From Kudoa neothunni (taxonomy: Eukaryota; Animalia; Cnidaria), in assembly GCA_964304625.1 (NCBI GenBank), contig OZ199838.1, forward strand, positions 5,219,145-5,283,144: a DNA stretch of 64,000 bases, in the 5' to 3' direction. Each line of letters opens with the position of its first letter. Position 1 is the stretch's first letter. A program made the translations under genes and the position numbers. The notes beneath the pieces are model-generated. The model searched no databases. It had not been told where the DNA came from and was given only the letters and a program-made list of their open reading frames with translations. Below are positions 41,500-58,141 of the stretch, one piece after another.

Positions 41500-43000
41500 C
41501 ATACGTCCGTATTCGATAATGAAGACTATTTTAGAGTGTATATTCATTGTTTTATGTGATGCGCTTGTAGTTATAGTTCAACTCATTGAAAAGAGTTGGA
41601 TTGGACGTTAAAATCATCGAGGACGTATTAGATAATAAAAATTTTAATTGTTGATCCAACAAAGCCCACATTTCTGAAGCTATTCTTTTAAATATTGGCT
41701 TTGTAGTCTCTATTTCCACATTAACATCGAATGATAAGGTGAAACGTACAATGTGGTTGTTGCGGTTCTACAGAGTTCATGGACGTGACATGATCAGGCA
41801 GTATCTCATAGTTTAATATAAAGGATCAGAATTTTATTATGTAAACAAGTAATTTTCGGTATAATGTTATAATATAAACATTAATTCAACGAAGGGTATT
41901 ATAACATAATAATTCATGGAATTCCTCCATTACGCAAGATAGCCCGAAGTTGCGCTTAATAATATAAATTTAATACAATTGATATATTTCTTTCTATCTT
42001 ATTTATATCGGCTTAATAATTAGAGCCAGATTATTTTAGTGTATTTGCATAGCACAGGAAACCATTAAAGCAGTAGATAAACCGGATGAACCCAAAGATT
42101 GTACTGCTTTAATTCGATTGCAGCTGCTCATTGGGTATAATCCTGGAGAGTCGGAACATAAAAATAATATTTATATGAAAGCTTTTCTGCTATGATCAGA
42201 CTGTAAATTTTACAAATCATGCCTGTGCCCAAGCCAATCAAATTTAAGCTTAAATTGCGAGGAATAGTATGTTTTGGGCAGATTCATTCGTTGTTATGTA
42301 TGAATTAAATAACTTGAAAAAATATGCCATATTCTGGATTTGGCTAGTGATTGCAACCTTTTAACCTTTTTTTATAAGTGGGAATATTTTATTTTTATGT
42401 AAAACGCATACAAGGAAATGGTACATACACTAAGGGATTTCCGTGTTTACTATGAAGTATTGTTTAAAGCCAATAAAGATAATTAAATACTCTAGCACGT
42501 TGTAAACAGTGAAAACGGTTGCTATATTATTCATTTTTCAAATTTAAATAACTCATTTTAAAATATCAATTAATTTGTTAAGGATAACCAAGCAAGGACT
42601 TGATGGAGTACCATGTTTACATTATGAAGATTTGTTTAGTTTGTGACAAAATAAAGTTAATTTAATCAATGGATGTTAAAATCGCCGTGAAAACTTTAAA
42701 CTTGAATAGTATACAAAGGTACTGTAGCTATATTGCTGTAATCTTACTACAAATAATACGAATGAAATTGCTATATATGGTAAGCACAATAATAAGATTA
42801 CTCCATTAAAGCAAAGGATCTAGCTGTAATTTTTGAATTAATTATAAGTACCGAATAGCAGATTTGATTATTAGTGTGTGTAGGTTAGATAGATATAAAA
42901 TAAGAAAATTTATAATGGTATAATACAGAGAAGCGTTAAAAAATAAATTATAGAGGTAGATCACACAAGGTGTATCAAGAGGTTATTACTTTTATATAAT
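41500..43000 (+). pseudogene. Possible very old piggyBac transposase remnant
   Basis: About 42215-42265 translates QIMPVPKPIKFKLKLR, resembling the piggyBac QYMPxKPxKFGxK motif. The surrounding sequence looks like decayed coding DNA. No termini identified. Confidence 0.25.
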
Positions 43001-43224
43001 GGAAAGAAATTTCAACGAAAACATACTAGCGAATAAGAATTACAGAGAATAGTTAATTGAATTAATGACTTTTAAGTTTTCCAACAATTTAATAACACCC
43101 AGGGGTACCATTCATCTAATATTTCAATCAAATACTTCTAAGGAGATAATACACCAGTTGTATTGATTAAAATCGCATTAGAGTGAAAACAGTAGAAAAT
43201 ATCTGGACAGTGTGATAGGTTGCA

Positions 43225-46056
<2,832 letters not shown>

Positions 46057-46873
46057 ATTGCCTAATTATATCTCCATATCACATCATTAAAACTTGAATG
46101 CTAACCTAGCTATAATTAATAATTATTCTTGTTAAACTATTTCGTTGCTTCCCACTTTCACTGTTCTAACGAGTATATTCTTTTCGACAATCATTGAGTG
46201 ATGTATTTTTGCTATTTCACAGAAGCTCTTATCGTAGCAAACTCGTTGTTTCCATAGCGTATGAATAAGTATGCAATAATAATGAACTATCCCTAATTGC
46301 ATATATTTTGTTGCATATTACTCTGATTAATCTAAGAATAAAAATTACCGAGAGTTAATTTGTAATAAACTTTCTTAAAATCTTACATAATTTCCACTCC
46401 AGTTTTTATATATGTTAGTCTAATAGCTAATGTATCTAAATTAGTAGATCAGATATTTAAGCAATATTTCTTTTAAATTAAAAATCCGCATTTGTTTGAT
46501 TTTTTTATTCTCTGAATTCAATTTCTCTCATTTTTATATTGTTTGAATTTAACAATCTACAGTATAGCCTCAATATCGCGTCGTTGATGTTTATTATATA
46601 ATTTTTGATCGAATTCTAAAAGAATAGGATGGAAATAGTTTGATACTTTAAAAATAAATATGAAAAACGGAAAAATTAACATCTTACCATGACATCTATT
46701 TTATTTGAGTGATTTTTCCGCTATAGTAAATATAATATAGGAGCTTCATGCATTGCTAAAACGATAAACTTCATAAATTACGCGTATAAACGACAACTAT
46801 GACGAGATTTAAAAGAACATTAAATAAATGAAAATAGAAAAGTTAAAGAATGAATCAAAATTATTTTCTAGTG

Positions 46874-47503
46874 TAGGGGTTTACAATCGGTTTTTCAACT
46901 TTACTCCTCAGCCTGATGAAAAATCGAAATTTATCCCCTTAAGGTGGGAGCCAAGTTCATACTTACATTAAGGTTTTATATCTGTTTAGTTATTGTAGAG
47001 GCTATTAACGGGGTAAATTATAATCCTAAAAGGCATGCACGCTTGTGTAATGACAATTTTTAATTTAATCAACTCTAACCCACAAGCTGTCTGCAGATTT
47101 AGTATTTTTAGATTTTTCTACATTAAATTAATTCTTGGCCTTTCTTTCCTCTTATAGGTCAGAAATAATTAAAAATAGTCAAAACTAATGTCATCTAAAT
47201 AATGGTTAGCGTGCAAATGGTAAATTTAAGTATTGTTATTATGCTACATCACTAAAAATTAAACGAGCATACAAGAAAGAAACTGTTTATAGTTTTATAA
47301 ATGTTTGTTAAATACATATCCTAAGAAACTTTTTAAGCATTTCTGCCGACTTATTATTGAGATTAATAGCCCTGATTAATATAATTCCTTAGAAATCCTT
47401 AGGTACGTCACCAATTGATTATGCAATAATTTCCCCTATCCAAATTTGATGTTACTTAATTTCCCACAGTTATTTAAAATTTATCCCCGGTCGAGAACTC
47501 TTG
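46874..47503 (+). mobile_element. hAT MITE, degenerate copy A
   Basis: Starts TAGGGGTTTACAA and ends CCCCGGTCGAGAACTCTTG. Colinear with 50470-51044 (shared GTAATGACAATTTTTAAT, AGAAATAATTAAAAATAGTCA and GTTACTTAATTT). Confidence 0.7.
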
Positions 47504-47698
47504 CATAAAGTATACGTAGAATTAAATTTTGTTGTGTACAAATTTTAATTCATAAAAATTAAATACATTTGAATTACATTGAGCTAATAAGCCATGAAAT
47601 ATCTAAGTGATAATTCAAACATTATGTTTCAGTTTAATTCATTTTTTTATGTTTAATTGAGATAAACAGACAATTTGATGTTATTAATGGTTCGGGAA

Positions 47699-49210
47699 TC
47701 ATCCACCACTAGCAGCAGGAACAACAGGAGAAGCCGGAGTTGGAGCAGTCCCATCACCAGTACCAGCGCCAGCATTATTAGTACCACTACCAGTACTACT
47801 TGCACCACCAGAACTACCACCACTAGCATCAGGAGCAGAAGCGGAAGCTGTAGTTGATGGTGTCTTACAAATTGCTTCACAAGCTTCTGTGGATTTAAAG
47901 TTATTCAAGTTCATTTGTTTTCCATTGAAATTAAAGGATTGGCAACTTTTAGTGCCATCGTTGCCTTCTCCGTAATAATACCGACTTAATTCATATTTAT
48001 CATCCCCAGCTGTCACACCAACTTTTTCTTGTTCACAAACTTCAACAGCCCTAAGATCACCAAGATGGGCAGCTAATTTATAGTTAAGTAAGAAAACGAG
48101 ATTAAATAATATTAATATTGTGAATTACTCGCAGGGCAAAAACTTGCACAGAGCTCTGCTGAACTAAAAATATTATTTGAACCATCATCAATTTTGATAG
48201 GGGCTTTCGGAGTCTCAGAAACAAATGGGAGGCAAGCTTTTTTTTCCTTATGAAAATAAAAGTATTCTTTTACACTTTCTCCTTCCGATGTAATTTTATT
48301 TGCAGGCTGAACTTGATATGGACTGTTTGCATTACACGCAACGACTAGCTCAGCTATTTTTGGTTAGAAAATATTTATCACACAATTGAATACTTATGCA
48401 AGTTTCTACACAATTAGGTAACTCATCAAAATATCCCCTTTTTGCATTTTCACCAACAGCTGCATAAACACATCTATTTTTATCTTTATGCAGAACAACT
48501 CCCATTTTCGGACTCGCTGTGTCCACTTCAGCTGCGAAACCACAGTCAAATTTATTAGGAGTCGGTGTAAGTGTGTTTACATCAGTATTGGTAGCAATAA
48601 CGCCGTTTTTGTTATCTAACAAAAATTTTATAAAAAATCGATTTTAAACTCAATAAGATTGTACTTACTGTGGCAAGCATTTTTGCATTCAATTTCGGAT
48701 TCGAAATTATTTGCATTGCCCCCACAACCTGTATATTTGAACTTGTGGCAGGAATTAGCGGGTTTTTCCTCAGCAGCATCCTTTGAGTAATACCATCTTT
48801 CTTGCTTTCTCTCCTCTGGTACTGTGCAGACACCTTCTGATTTAGATTCCTCACATGCCTTTGATTTCTCCTCAGATGTAAAAGTGACTATCCTCAACGT
48901 TATTAAAATTCGGGGTTATCGTAGTTTACGGTGGTATTGACAAACTGCTTTTGACACAAAGTTATTAAAGTTTCCAAGAGAACCTTTATATTTGAATGGT
49001 TTGCATGTAGCAGTATTTTGATCCACATACCATCTGTCAACTACAGCTTTTTCTTGTTCGGCTGCGCTCATCCAAGAGGGGGGTTCACCAACATCCAAGG
49101 CGTAGTCGGTTAAAGCCTTTTCTAACCTAATATTATGACGAAAAATACCAATTAAATTTACCGGCTGATATGATTTCTAAAAATACTAATATAAATGATA
49201 CACACCGCAT
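47699..49210 (-). CDS. Secreted protein with five tandem Kunitz/BPTI-like domains and a Gly/Ser/Ala/Thr-rich tail
   Basis: Signal peptide MRCVSFILVFLEIISA. Domains: RWYVD...CKPFKYKGSLGNFNNF...C; C...C...RWYY...CHKFKYTGCGGNANNF...CKNAC; C...CVY...YF...CVETC; C...YFYF...CLPF...NIF...CASFC; C...RYYY...CQSFNFNG...NNF...CEAIC. Confidence 0.88.
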
Positions 49211-50469
49211 ATTTTCTTGAAATAATTAAACTATTTATTTCCGTAATTTGGCGAGATATGAATAACGTTTCATATTATCCGAAGGAATCTTGTGTCAATC
49301 AATTCACTATTTGTGACAGAATAGCGAAAGTCATATAATCACAACATAAAAATTCGTTTATCATTATTCTTATTATATTAAAAAGTTATTCCAATATGTA
49401 TGGAATTAAATCAATCCCCAAACTAGCTAATATAAAAATAATGATTTTTACCAGGTAATACATAAACGTTAATACAATTTGAATAGATGGAAAAAAATCG
49501 TTATTTCACTCCAAAAATTTAAAAACAGCAAAACAAATTAAGATTTTTATTGTTCTCAGCTAAACATATCTAATGAAAAAATAAGCACATAACTTAATTA
49601 TCACTTATAATTTATAAATGATAAATGAACAAAGTGATTAACCAAAAATACATCATTCCACGACTGAATCGTTAAATCTTTATGATGTACCCTTGCTAAA
49701 CTATCCATCGATATTTGACTACATGGTTGAATAATAATTTTCATATAAACTTCCAACTAACAAGACTAACTAATATTTATAGTTAAGAGTGATAATATTT
49801 TTAAAAAAGTGTTATGAACATTATTAAATAACGCCTCTAACAATTGTTTTCTCAATAATATATAACAATTTCAATTTCAAGACTTAATTTTAAAGAAAAT
49901 CACCAAATAATATTTATTTTAGTCAAAATAAACTATTCTTAAACAATTTTGATAAAGAAGGATTAGATAAATCACGTCAATAATAGATTTGATAAAATTA
50001 TAAATTCCAAGAACGTACACAGGTTAGTAAACAACTTTCTCAAAAAATATAAATTTCGTATTTGAAATGTAAAATCATCAATAGTTGAATGATTACATTA
50101 GAAACAATGTTAAAAAATATTCTATTAAATAAATAATTTCCATATTTTCTACTAATGAATTAATACAGTTTTAACCTTTTTAATTATTTTCCAATTTAAT
50201 ATCAATTATGCTATCAAAAGCGTATAAAACACGCTGTAGTATCAAAAAGTAATCTCAAAAAAAGAAAAAACAGGCTTTGTAACTAAAATAATATTTATAT
50301 TTAGTTTCGAGTTGTTTGACGTTGACAAATTTTTAAGGAGAAATTTCTGATGATATATTTTTGACTATGTTGATTACGTTGGGTTCTTCTTGAATTAAAG
50401 TAAAATAAAATTCCTGTTAATATGTAAAATTTTAACAATGCGCAAATTGTGAATATGGAACTTCTAAAG

Positions 50470-51044
50470 CAGGGGTTCTCAACAATTTTTTCAAATTTAC
50501 CACCTAATTTGGAAGCCAAATTCATATCTACTTTAAGATTTTATACTGGGTTAGCTAAGGCGGAGGGTATTTTCACGAGAAATTCTACTCCTAAAAGGTA
50601 TGTATGCCTACGTAATGACAATTTTTAATCCCAGAAACTTTAACTAAAAAGCTGTCTAAGGATTTAATTTTGTATATTCCGCTAAATTCAATTATTTCTG
50701 GCCAGTTCCTTTGCTCTTAGTGACTAGAAATAATTAAAAATAGTCACTTTAAATATTATTATTAAGTTACATCTTTAAAAGATAAACAAGACCTAAAAGA
50801 AAGAGGCTGATAGTAGCATTATAAATAGTAGTTAAATATTTATTCCGAAAAACTTTCTAAGCATTTTTGGCAATTTCTTATCGAGTTTAATAATCTTATA
50901 TAATATAACTCTAGAAATCTTTAGCTACGTCACAAACCTTGAAATGTAAAAATTGTCCCCATTGAATTTTGGTGTTACTTAATTTACTCCGTCATTCAAA
51001 ATTTACTAACAAGGAGAAAATTTAACCCCGGTTGAGAACCCCTG
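50470..51044 (+). mobile_element. hAT MITE, copy B
   Basis: Perfect 14-bp TIRs CAGGGGTTCTCAAC and GTTGAGAACCCCTG. Homologous to 46874-47503. TSD not conserved. Confidence 0.82.
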
Positions 51045-51705
51045 GATTAGATAAATATCATCCTATGAATCATTCAGCTTTAAAGATCAATCGTTTTTTC
51101 TATATATTACATGCATCTCACCTAGTTTCTTGATTAAACGATAATTCTGTTATAATTTTCCATCTATACCACTAAAAAATACCACACTATAAATTATTAA
51201 TTAATTTTTTTACCAATTATATACAATTACTAAAAGATTAGGCGATAATACATAACTTTTAACTTTTAAAATGACGATACTTCATACTCCTCTCATGAAC
51301 CGTATAAATATAAAATCTTTGAACAAGAAACATACTTTAAAATTATATTAACATAATATTATTTTTGAAAAACGTCTTAAAAAATAAAACTGGTTGCAAT
51401 TTTAAGCGTATTGATAATGACTGGCAAACCTCAAGTGGGTTAATGCAAACTTTTTAAATTTAATTTTACTATACTTAGTTTGTCTCACTTATTATGGAAA
51501 TAAAGCCTATTTCTCATAATATAACATTATATTGAATTAAAACAGTAACAAGAATCTTTCACTGTCGCATGTGATAATTTTCATTCTTGCCATGAATACC
51601 AAATGGTCGGAAATAGGAATAGAACTCACAATTCGCAATCTTTAATGCGACAAAATCATAGCGCCCTACTGCTAACCTGCTCGAGTTACGACTGTAAATA
51701 TAACG

Positions 51706-52297
51706 CAGGGTTTCTCAATAAAGGGGTGTGAGAATACACTATGGCTCAATATATAAAAAAATTTTCAACCTTATTCTGATGCCATTTCATTTTAATAAAC
51801 TTCGATACAAACGTAGGTTTCATGTCGGTTATCTCAATATCTACCTGCAACATTGGGATGTAATTATTATTTACATAAATTTGTCAATGTGTTTTCAAAA
51901 ATCACTTTTTTACTTTTTAATTTTAACTAAATTCCGAAATAAGCGCTATAACAACATTAAGTCAAATATGGGACACTTAAAAATATGTTTAATGATCCAT
52001 ATTTTGTCAATAACTAAATGTACAAATTAATTTGATGAAAAAATTGATAGCGAAAAAATCTATCCTAATTTTTTAACTTACGATTAAATATCTCTTAGAA
52101 AAAAATTCGTAAAATTTGCTCAAATTTTAAGTTACTTCCATTTATATTTAACTGTCATGATCAAAATAAATGTGGTATTCATTTCATTTAGACAGTGAAC
52201 GCGAGCCTAACTTTAAGTTGATAAGCGTCAATATAACCTCTTTAAATAAATGTTACATTATCGAGAAGTAACAACTAAAGTGGTTGAGAAAATCATG
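51706..52297. mobile_element. Possible degenerate hAT MITE
   Basis: Left end CAGGGTTTCTCAA; candidate right end GGTTGAGAAAATCATG. No TSD. Confidence 0.35.
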
Positions 52298-53584
52298 AAG
52301 TATGTGTTACACTGCGTTTACCGTATTTTGTAAAATTACGCGCATAATTATTAGCGTGTTTATAACTTCTTTAGAGAAAATGATTAAGAATCAGTTATGT
52401 TATAATAAGAATAAGTAAAAATAACGGTTGGAGTTTAAAAGTCATCTTAGAAGCGTAAACCAAACGTAATTTGTACGCACTGGGTATTGCTACGAATCCG
52501 TATAATCCGCATGCGGGGATTGTCTACTGCTATGGGAGGTAATAACTCCAAATCTACAAGTTCACATAAAATTCTAACTTCACATTTGTAAATAATGATT
52601 CTTGGTCTAACATAATTAGCTGTTTTGGGAAAATTTGAGTTATTGAAATTTCTATTATCATGACCGACCATAAATTTGGTGTTTTATTTTTTTATAAGTA
52701 ATGTTAAATTAATATCTTAATTTATTATTAATAAAGGTTTATTAAATTAAAAAACAAAATACCAGACATTGCGTTTTATGTATAAAAACGTCCATCCTAT
52801 TACCTCTGATTGCGCCTAATATGTTTAATCTAACTCAGCTAATGTAATCTGTTAAAATATGCTTAACTATGTTTTTATAAAATGAAATAGTTGTATTTGT
52901 TATATATGTATTTGATTTATAGATTATATTTACGGCTCTATTATTACATATCTACAAAGTATATTAAGTAAGTATTACCGCTATTCGTGGAAAAGGATTA
53001 GAGCATTCTATGTAGTGAATTCGGTAAATCTTAAAGTAAATATATTTAAGTAATGTTTAATTTTATAGTTAAAATCAATATAAAAACTTACTGTGCGCAT
53101 TTAAATAGCGGTGAGCATAATTCTGCCTTCTTAAATGTTGTTGCTACAACTATAGATAAATTATTAGTTTTAATAACAAAAATTAAAAAAAACTTAAATA
53201 TTACTTTAACGCGTTATCTGAAATTAATGTACACAAAAGACAGAAACACGTTTCGTATTCTTGACTACAGTAGCCTGTGTGGGAATCTAAGTTTTCACTG
53301 TAGCGTCATTTGTACGATGGAATCCTGTCCAGGATTGAAAGTTGACATATAACTCATTGAAGTCATATTAATCGTTATGAACATCTTTTTTCCTCCAAAA
53401 TAAAAATGAGGGAATAGTGTAAAATACAAAATTCCAAAATATTTTAATAAAGCATTAATTTACTACAAAATAACGTTTGTATTATTTTCGACTCTCCATA
53501 AAAAAGAAAGCTTAAAGGTAACTGCCTGTCTAGAATTACCTTTTAAGTTAGTAACAATATGGAAAATTTTTCATAATCATATTT

Positions 53585-54553
53585 TTAAAATGAATAAAAC
53601 GTCAAAATGTATACAAAAAGAGTACTAATTTCCCTGTTGGAAAACTTTTTTCTAAATAGAAAATTAGCTATATACCCCGGCAAACTCTCCGGGTTCTTAT
53701 TTGTGGTGTTTCTATATTTCCTTTTAAAAGCACCCCATGTCGCCTCTATTTTGTTTGTGTGAATCCTATCGCTCGAAACAAACCTTCTGTTGTGTATAAC
53801 AGTTCCATGAGAAAAACCCAGATTTTCTAAATTATTGTATCCGCTCCATCCATCCGTCCATATTGTTGAACCGTCTTCCACGTTGTCGATTATTATTCTC
53901 TCAAGAACGTCTCTGTTTCTATATTGAGAAATCTTTAGGAAGCAGTTCCCATCTTCGTCAATCCCACCTACCATCCAGTGTTGCTGATTTTTCAGAACAC
54001 GGCCAACATTATATTTCCTTTTCGAGATGGCGGTCTCGTCAATTTGAACAATTACTCCGTCACCTTCTATTTTCGTGAATTCATCATTCAATTTGGAAGC
54101 CATGAAATCTCTTATAATGGTCTTCCAATCCATTATTGTTGAATTCGACGCGATATCAAGATGTTGTCTAAGCTGATCAAATGTCATGGTTGGATGCTGA
54201 ATAAAACAGACCATAAGGATGAATGATTTCCACAAAGGGAGCTTCGACATTTCAAAAATGGTCCCAGATCTCAATGAGCGCCTTTGATGGCATTTACTAC
54301 ATCTAAACTGGTAACCATCACCCGTATCTTTGCGCGGAACCACACTCATAATATCCCCGCATATACATTTGCAAAAGCTATGTAACAGGCCGAGATTTTG
54401 TAAATTTTTAATTGTGAAGTCGACATCATCACGAAAATAACCATAATCGAGAATAGTTATTTCATTAATGGTCTCGAATGTGAATAATCTCTTGTGACAC
54501 ACCATTCGCGCTAAAATTCCACGGGGATTTCCGAGCATAGCCGAAGCTTGCAC
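53585..54553 (-). CDS. Merlin (IS1595/ISXO2-like) DDE transposase, uninterrupted ORF
   Basis: N-terminal Cys zinc-ribbon-like region (CICG...CSKC), SLRSGTIFEMSKL, VQIDET, KRKYNVGR, WMVGGI, TIWTDGWSGY, HGTVIH and HTNKIEATW. The catalytic D, D and E are all present. The first ATG is a few codons into the ORF. TIRs not found. Confidence 0.92.
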   Translation of the reverse strand: MQASAMLGNPRGILARMVCHKRLFTFETINEITILDYGYFRDDVDFTIKNLQNLGLLHSFCKCICGDIMSVVPRKDTGDGYQFRCSKCHQRRSLRSGTIFEMSKLPLWKSFILMVCFIQHPTMTFDQLRQHLDIASNSTIMDWKTIIRDFMASKLNDEFTKIEGDGVIVQIDETAISKRKYNVGRVLKNQQHWMVGGIDEDGNCFLKISQYRNRDVLERIIIDNVEDGSTIWTDGWSGYNNLENLGFSHGTVIHNRRFVSSDRIHTNKIEATWGAFKRKYRNTTNKNPESLPGYIANFLFRKKFSNREISTLFVYILTFYSF

Positions 54554-55956
54554 AGATACTGTAATTTAGCCCAAATTTCTACCTCATCAACAGAAAGTCG
54601 ATTTCTCTGGTAATCATCTTTTTGAATTACTATCAATTGGATCTAATAAAAAGCATATACAAACAAAGTTATGCTATGAAACGAGTAAAAATATCACAGT
54701 GAGATCCCTGCACAATGTGAAAACAAGAGGAATAACCAATATGGATGTATTTACGACTATCAATATGTCACCCCACAATTTTAATTGTGATGTTAAAACT
54801 AAAAAGAAGACAATAATGTTGTTACTTGATTATTTTTGGTTGATCACCTAATGCTGCTTACTCTTCAATTTTGTTGAAAATTTGTGTTAACGAAAGCAAT
54901 ACATAAACTTTCGCACTCACGGTGATTGTAAATTCAAATATTTTGTAGAAATTCCACAATTTTCATTCCTATTAGTGCATCCTTGTATTTAAGTGCTGCT
55001 AACGATCCTATTTGAGAATTTCGCCTAACTTATGCATGCATTTTGTATGAAAAAATTCATGCAGATATTGATAGTTTCTTTAAATAAATTTTAGAATGCT
55101 TTCCTATTTTGAATTAAAACTCCTGTATCGCTGTTACTGTTGAGAACATAAAGAATGGGAATTTTTGAGAATCGTCTCTTCAAATACCCGTTTTATAACT
55201 GTAAATGTTGTGTAATAAAAATATTTCAAAGTAAATACGACAAAATAATACGAAATAACAACCTATACTCGAAATTAAATCATTAAAATGATAACAAATT
55301 TTAGTCAGCGTTATCATTCCCACCGAGAATGAAAGCAATCGGACGACGTAAAGAACCTAGGTTAACAGTCATTGCGTTTTCTAGAAAAAAACCTATGAAA
55401 AAAATACTTTCTATTTAAAATATTAACTGTTTATTAAATAAAGTTTTATTTGAGAACGAAAATTGTATAATAATCAGTCTAATACAATATTTCTAGCTCA
55501 TGCACTTAAGTTATTTCCTCGAAGAACTTTCGTAAACTAATAATTTACTTCCTAACTGTTTTAAATTTTCAAATTATGTAAATATGCCGTCCATTTAAAA
55601 TAAGTTTAATTTTGTCACAAGATTAAAAACGTTTCTTGGCGCACGCTCATGTCAATAGAAGTCAAAATTATTTATTTCATTTGAATATTCTCCTTATTAC
55701 CTAATTTTACGCTCACAATTTTGTGTATTAATTTTATTAAACGTTAAAAAGGTGAACTAAAGGTATTTTTAACCCAAAACTCCTTACAATATTGTTGTAT
55801 TTTTCTTTAAAATTGTGGATTATGTTAGGCCAAAAATCATTAACTACAGATGTGAATTTCAAATTTTAACTGGATTCGTAGATTTGGAGTTATTCCTTCC
55901 CGCAGCAATAGCCACTGCCTAATTTAAATGACAGACGCGCACGCATCTCACCGGCA

Positions 55957-58141
55957 ATGTTAGACGAAAACGCAATAACGCAGCTTTTGAAGGAGCATTC
56001 CTACAGCAAAAAAAGGCGCATCTATGGGAAAGATGATTTGGATTCCCGCACAGTCCACCTATTCAGTGAATGCGAGTATTCGGTGTGTACATTGTTGAAT
56101 TCGAATCCTGCACCTTCGTCTTCAAATCTGTTGAATCAGTCCACCGGAGCCAACCAACTCACAAACGATATCAATATACTTGATGTTGGGTTTCAATACG
56201 AGGGGTTTGTTCACTTTAAAAAGACTCACTACACAGAGGCGTATCGTGAGTTGATAGCTATAAGTAGTAAAACCCCAAGTTATGAACCTTCTCAACCTGA
56301 CAAGTAGTTTGAATGTTGTTTTTGAAAATTTTATTTTCACCTGTCAACACTCATAGATCAACATGGAAAAATGATCAAAATGAAGTCTACGAAAAGATGG
56401 AAATGATTGTGAATGAGTTTTTCCATGGATCTGAAATTATTTTGCAGGTACAACGATTAACTTTTAAATGAACGATATATTTTGTGATACGTTGTAAATT
56501 AGGAAAAAAATACTGTCGAATATAAAATGAGGAGATATCGTCTAATGACAGAATCGTTTTGTAGCGAGTTGATCGATCTATTGGAAATCATTTATCATAA
56601 TGAGCCCTCTATGATGGATTGGTTGAATGAGACACTTATGAAATATTACACCGACTACCAACTTCGCTCCTTTGTTGAACTGTTAACGATGATTCTTCCG
56701 GACGTATTGTTTTCGATCCATGTTGTCGTTGTACAATGAGTTTTCGTTCTAGAATGCTCACTTAGCAACTATGATCAAATTTGACCCAACTGCAGACTGG
56801 TTTGGTGGTATTTATTGGAGAAAAGTGTTCGGCTCAAAAATAGCTGATGTCTACAACAAACTAACTGAAATATGGGTACCGAGTATGGACACTGCATCAC
56901 CACCAAAAAGTACTCTCAATCCAGCCGAGAATAAAGTAAAAATTGAGCAGGAATCGAGATCAGAATCGGCCACTTCTACATTGACCGTTGATGAGATTGG
57001 TCAAGAAGATGCAGCAGCCGATCAAAATATCAATCTATTGATTATTCCTCCGTTACCTTGTTTTGTATTAGAAGATGGTGATGGCTGTACACTTCCATCT
57101 GATTCTAATACCACCAGCTTTGCTCAGTGTGAGAGAATGTCAATTTTTGAAAAGTATTTCAAAAATGTCAACATCCTTGACTACAAAATAAAACCACTCT
57201 ATGAAAAAGATTTTAATGATGAAATGATTCAGTGGTGGATCAATGATTTAGGATGTGTTATTCAGCGTCGTATTCTTCAGTTTCGAAAAATGGACCCCAT
57301 ATCGCAGTTGTATGTGGTGGGTTGGTTGACAGGTGCATCATTGGCCTACAAATTGTTCCTTGCGTCGTTGGAACATGTGAATGGCATTGTATTGATCAAT
57401 ATGCCAACCAACAATGGAATTGTTGGAGCTGATAAAACTTTGGATACTCGTCTTTTATACAGAAGCAACCGCCCTATTATTTTTGTTGCATCTTCTGAGT
57501 CCCATCTCTCTAATGCGAACGAATTACGGGAAATTCGAGCCTCAATGTCTCATCAGACTTCCCTCATATATGCTCATTATTGTGATGACTTTTTGATGAT
57601 GAAGTGTCAAACCAAAAAGCGACTTATTCTTACTCAAGATATTGTCGATCTTACGATTGTGGAGAGTATTCGAGATCAGATTCTGCAAGAGATTAGCTCT
57701 ATTAATACTGCCACCGCATCGAAATTATTGGCAAGCAATAAAAAAGCTCAATCATCCACCTCCACCTTCACAAAAAATTCATCGAACAATCCACGCAAAA
57801 GCCAAACTGACGTTACAGCCGTAAACAGTCAAGTTCCTTTTCTTAAACCAGCCACATCTCAACCAGTCAACAGCTCATATCTAGTCGGCACTATCAATCA
57901 ACTGAAACAATCTTCGCTCAATTACAACAACCCAGCTATGTCCTTCATACTGGCTAATTCAGCCAGAAAGTTAGCTAACATTAACTCCGCCGCTGTAGTT
58001 TCATCTGGAAATACAACCAATCCTAATTCTGCCAATTTTCATATTCCACCCACAAATAAAATCATTCCATTCGAAAGTGCTGTTTCTAATCAAAAACCCT
58101 CGAATGAAAGCAATCCTCCCAGCAATAACAACACCAACTAA
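55957..58141 (+). CDS. KANSL3: KAT8 regulatory NSL complex subunit 3 (alpha/beta-hydrolase-like), multi-exon
   Basis: N-terminal EHSYSK (cf. DHSYAK), LYVVGWLTGASLA (cf. IILIGWNTGALVA), RPIIFVAS, ELREIRASM, DDFLMMKCQTKKRLILTQDIVDLTIVESIRDQI (cf. [33 protein letters not shown]), and a low-complexity tail. Confidence 0.85.

Noticed and set aside
47653-47880. Hydrophobic ORF 47653-47880 and Ser/Thr-rich ORF 47675-47857
   Set aside because: Alternative-frame and antisense shadows of the low-complexity Kunitz tail.
52447-52671. 74-aa ATG-initiated ORF on the minus strand
   Set aside because: No recognisable motif or linked exons, and it lies among transposon debris.
53517-53540. GGTAACTGCCTGTCTAGAATTACC as a Merlin terminus
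   Set aside because: No matching inverted copy found on the other side of the transposase.
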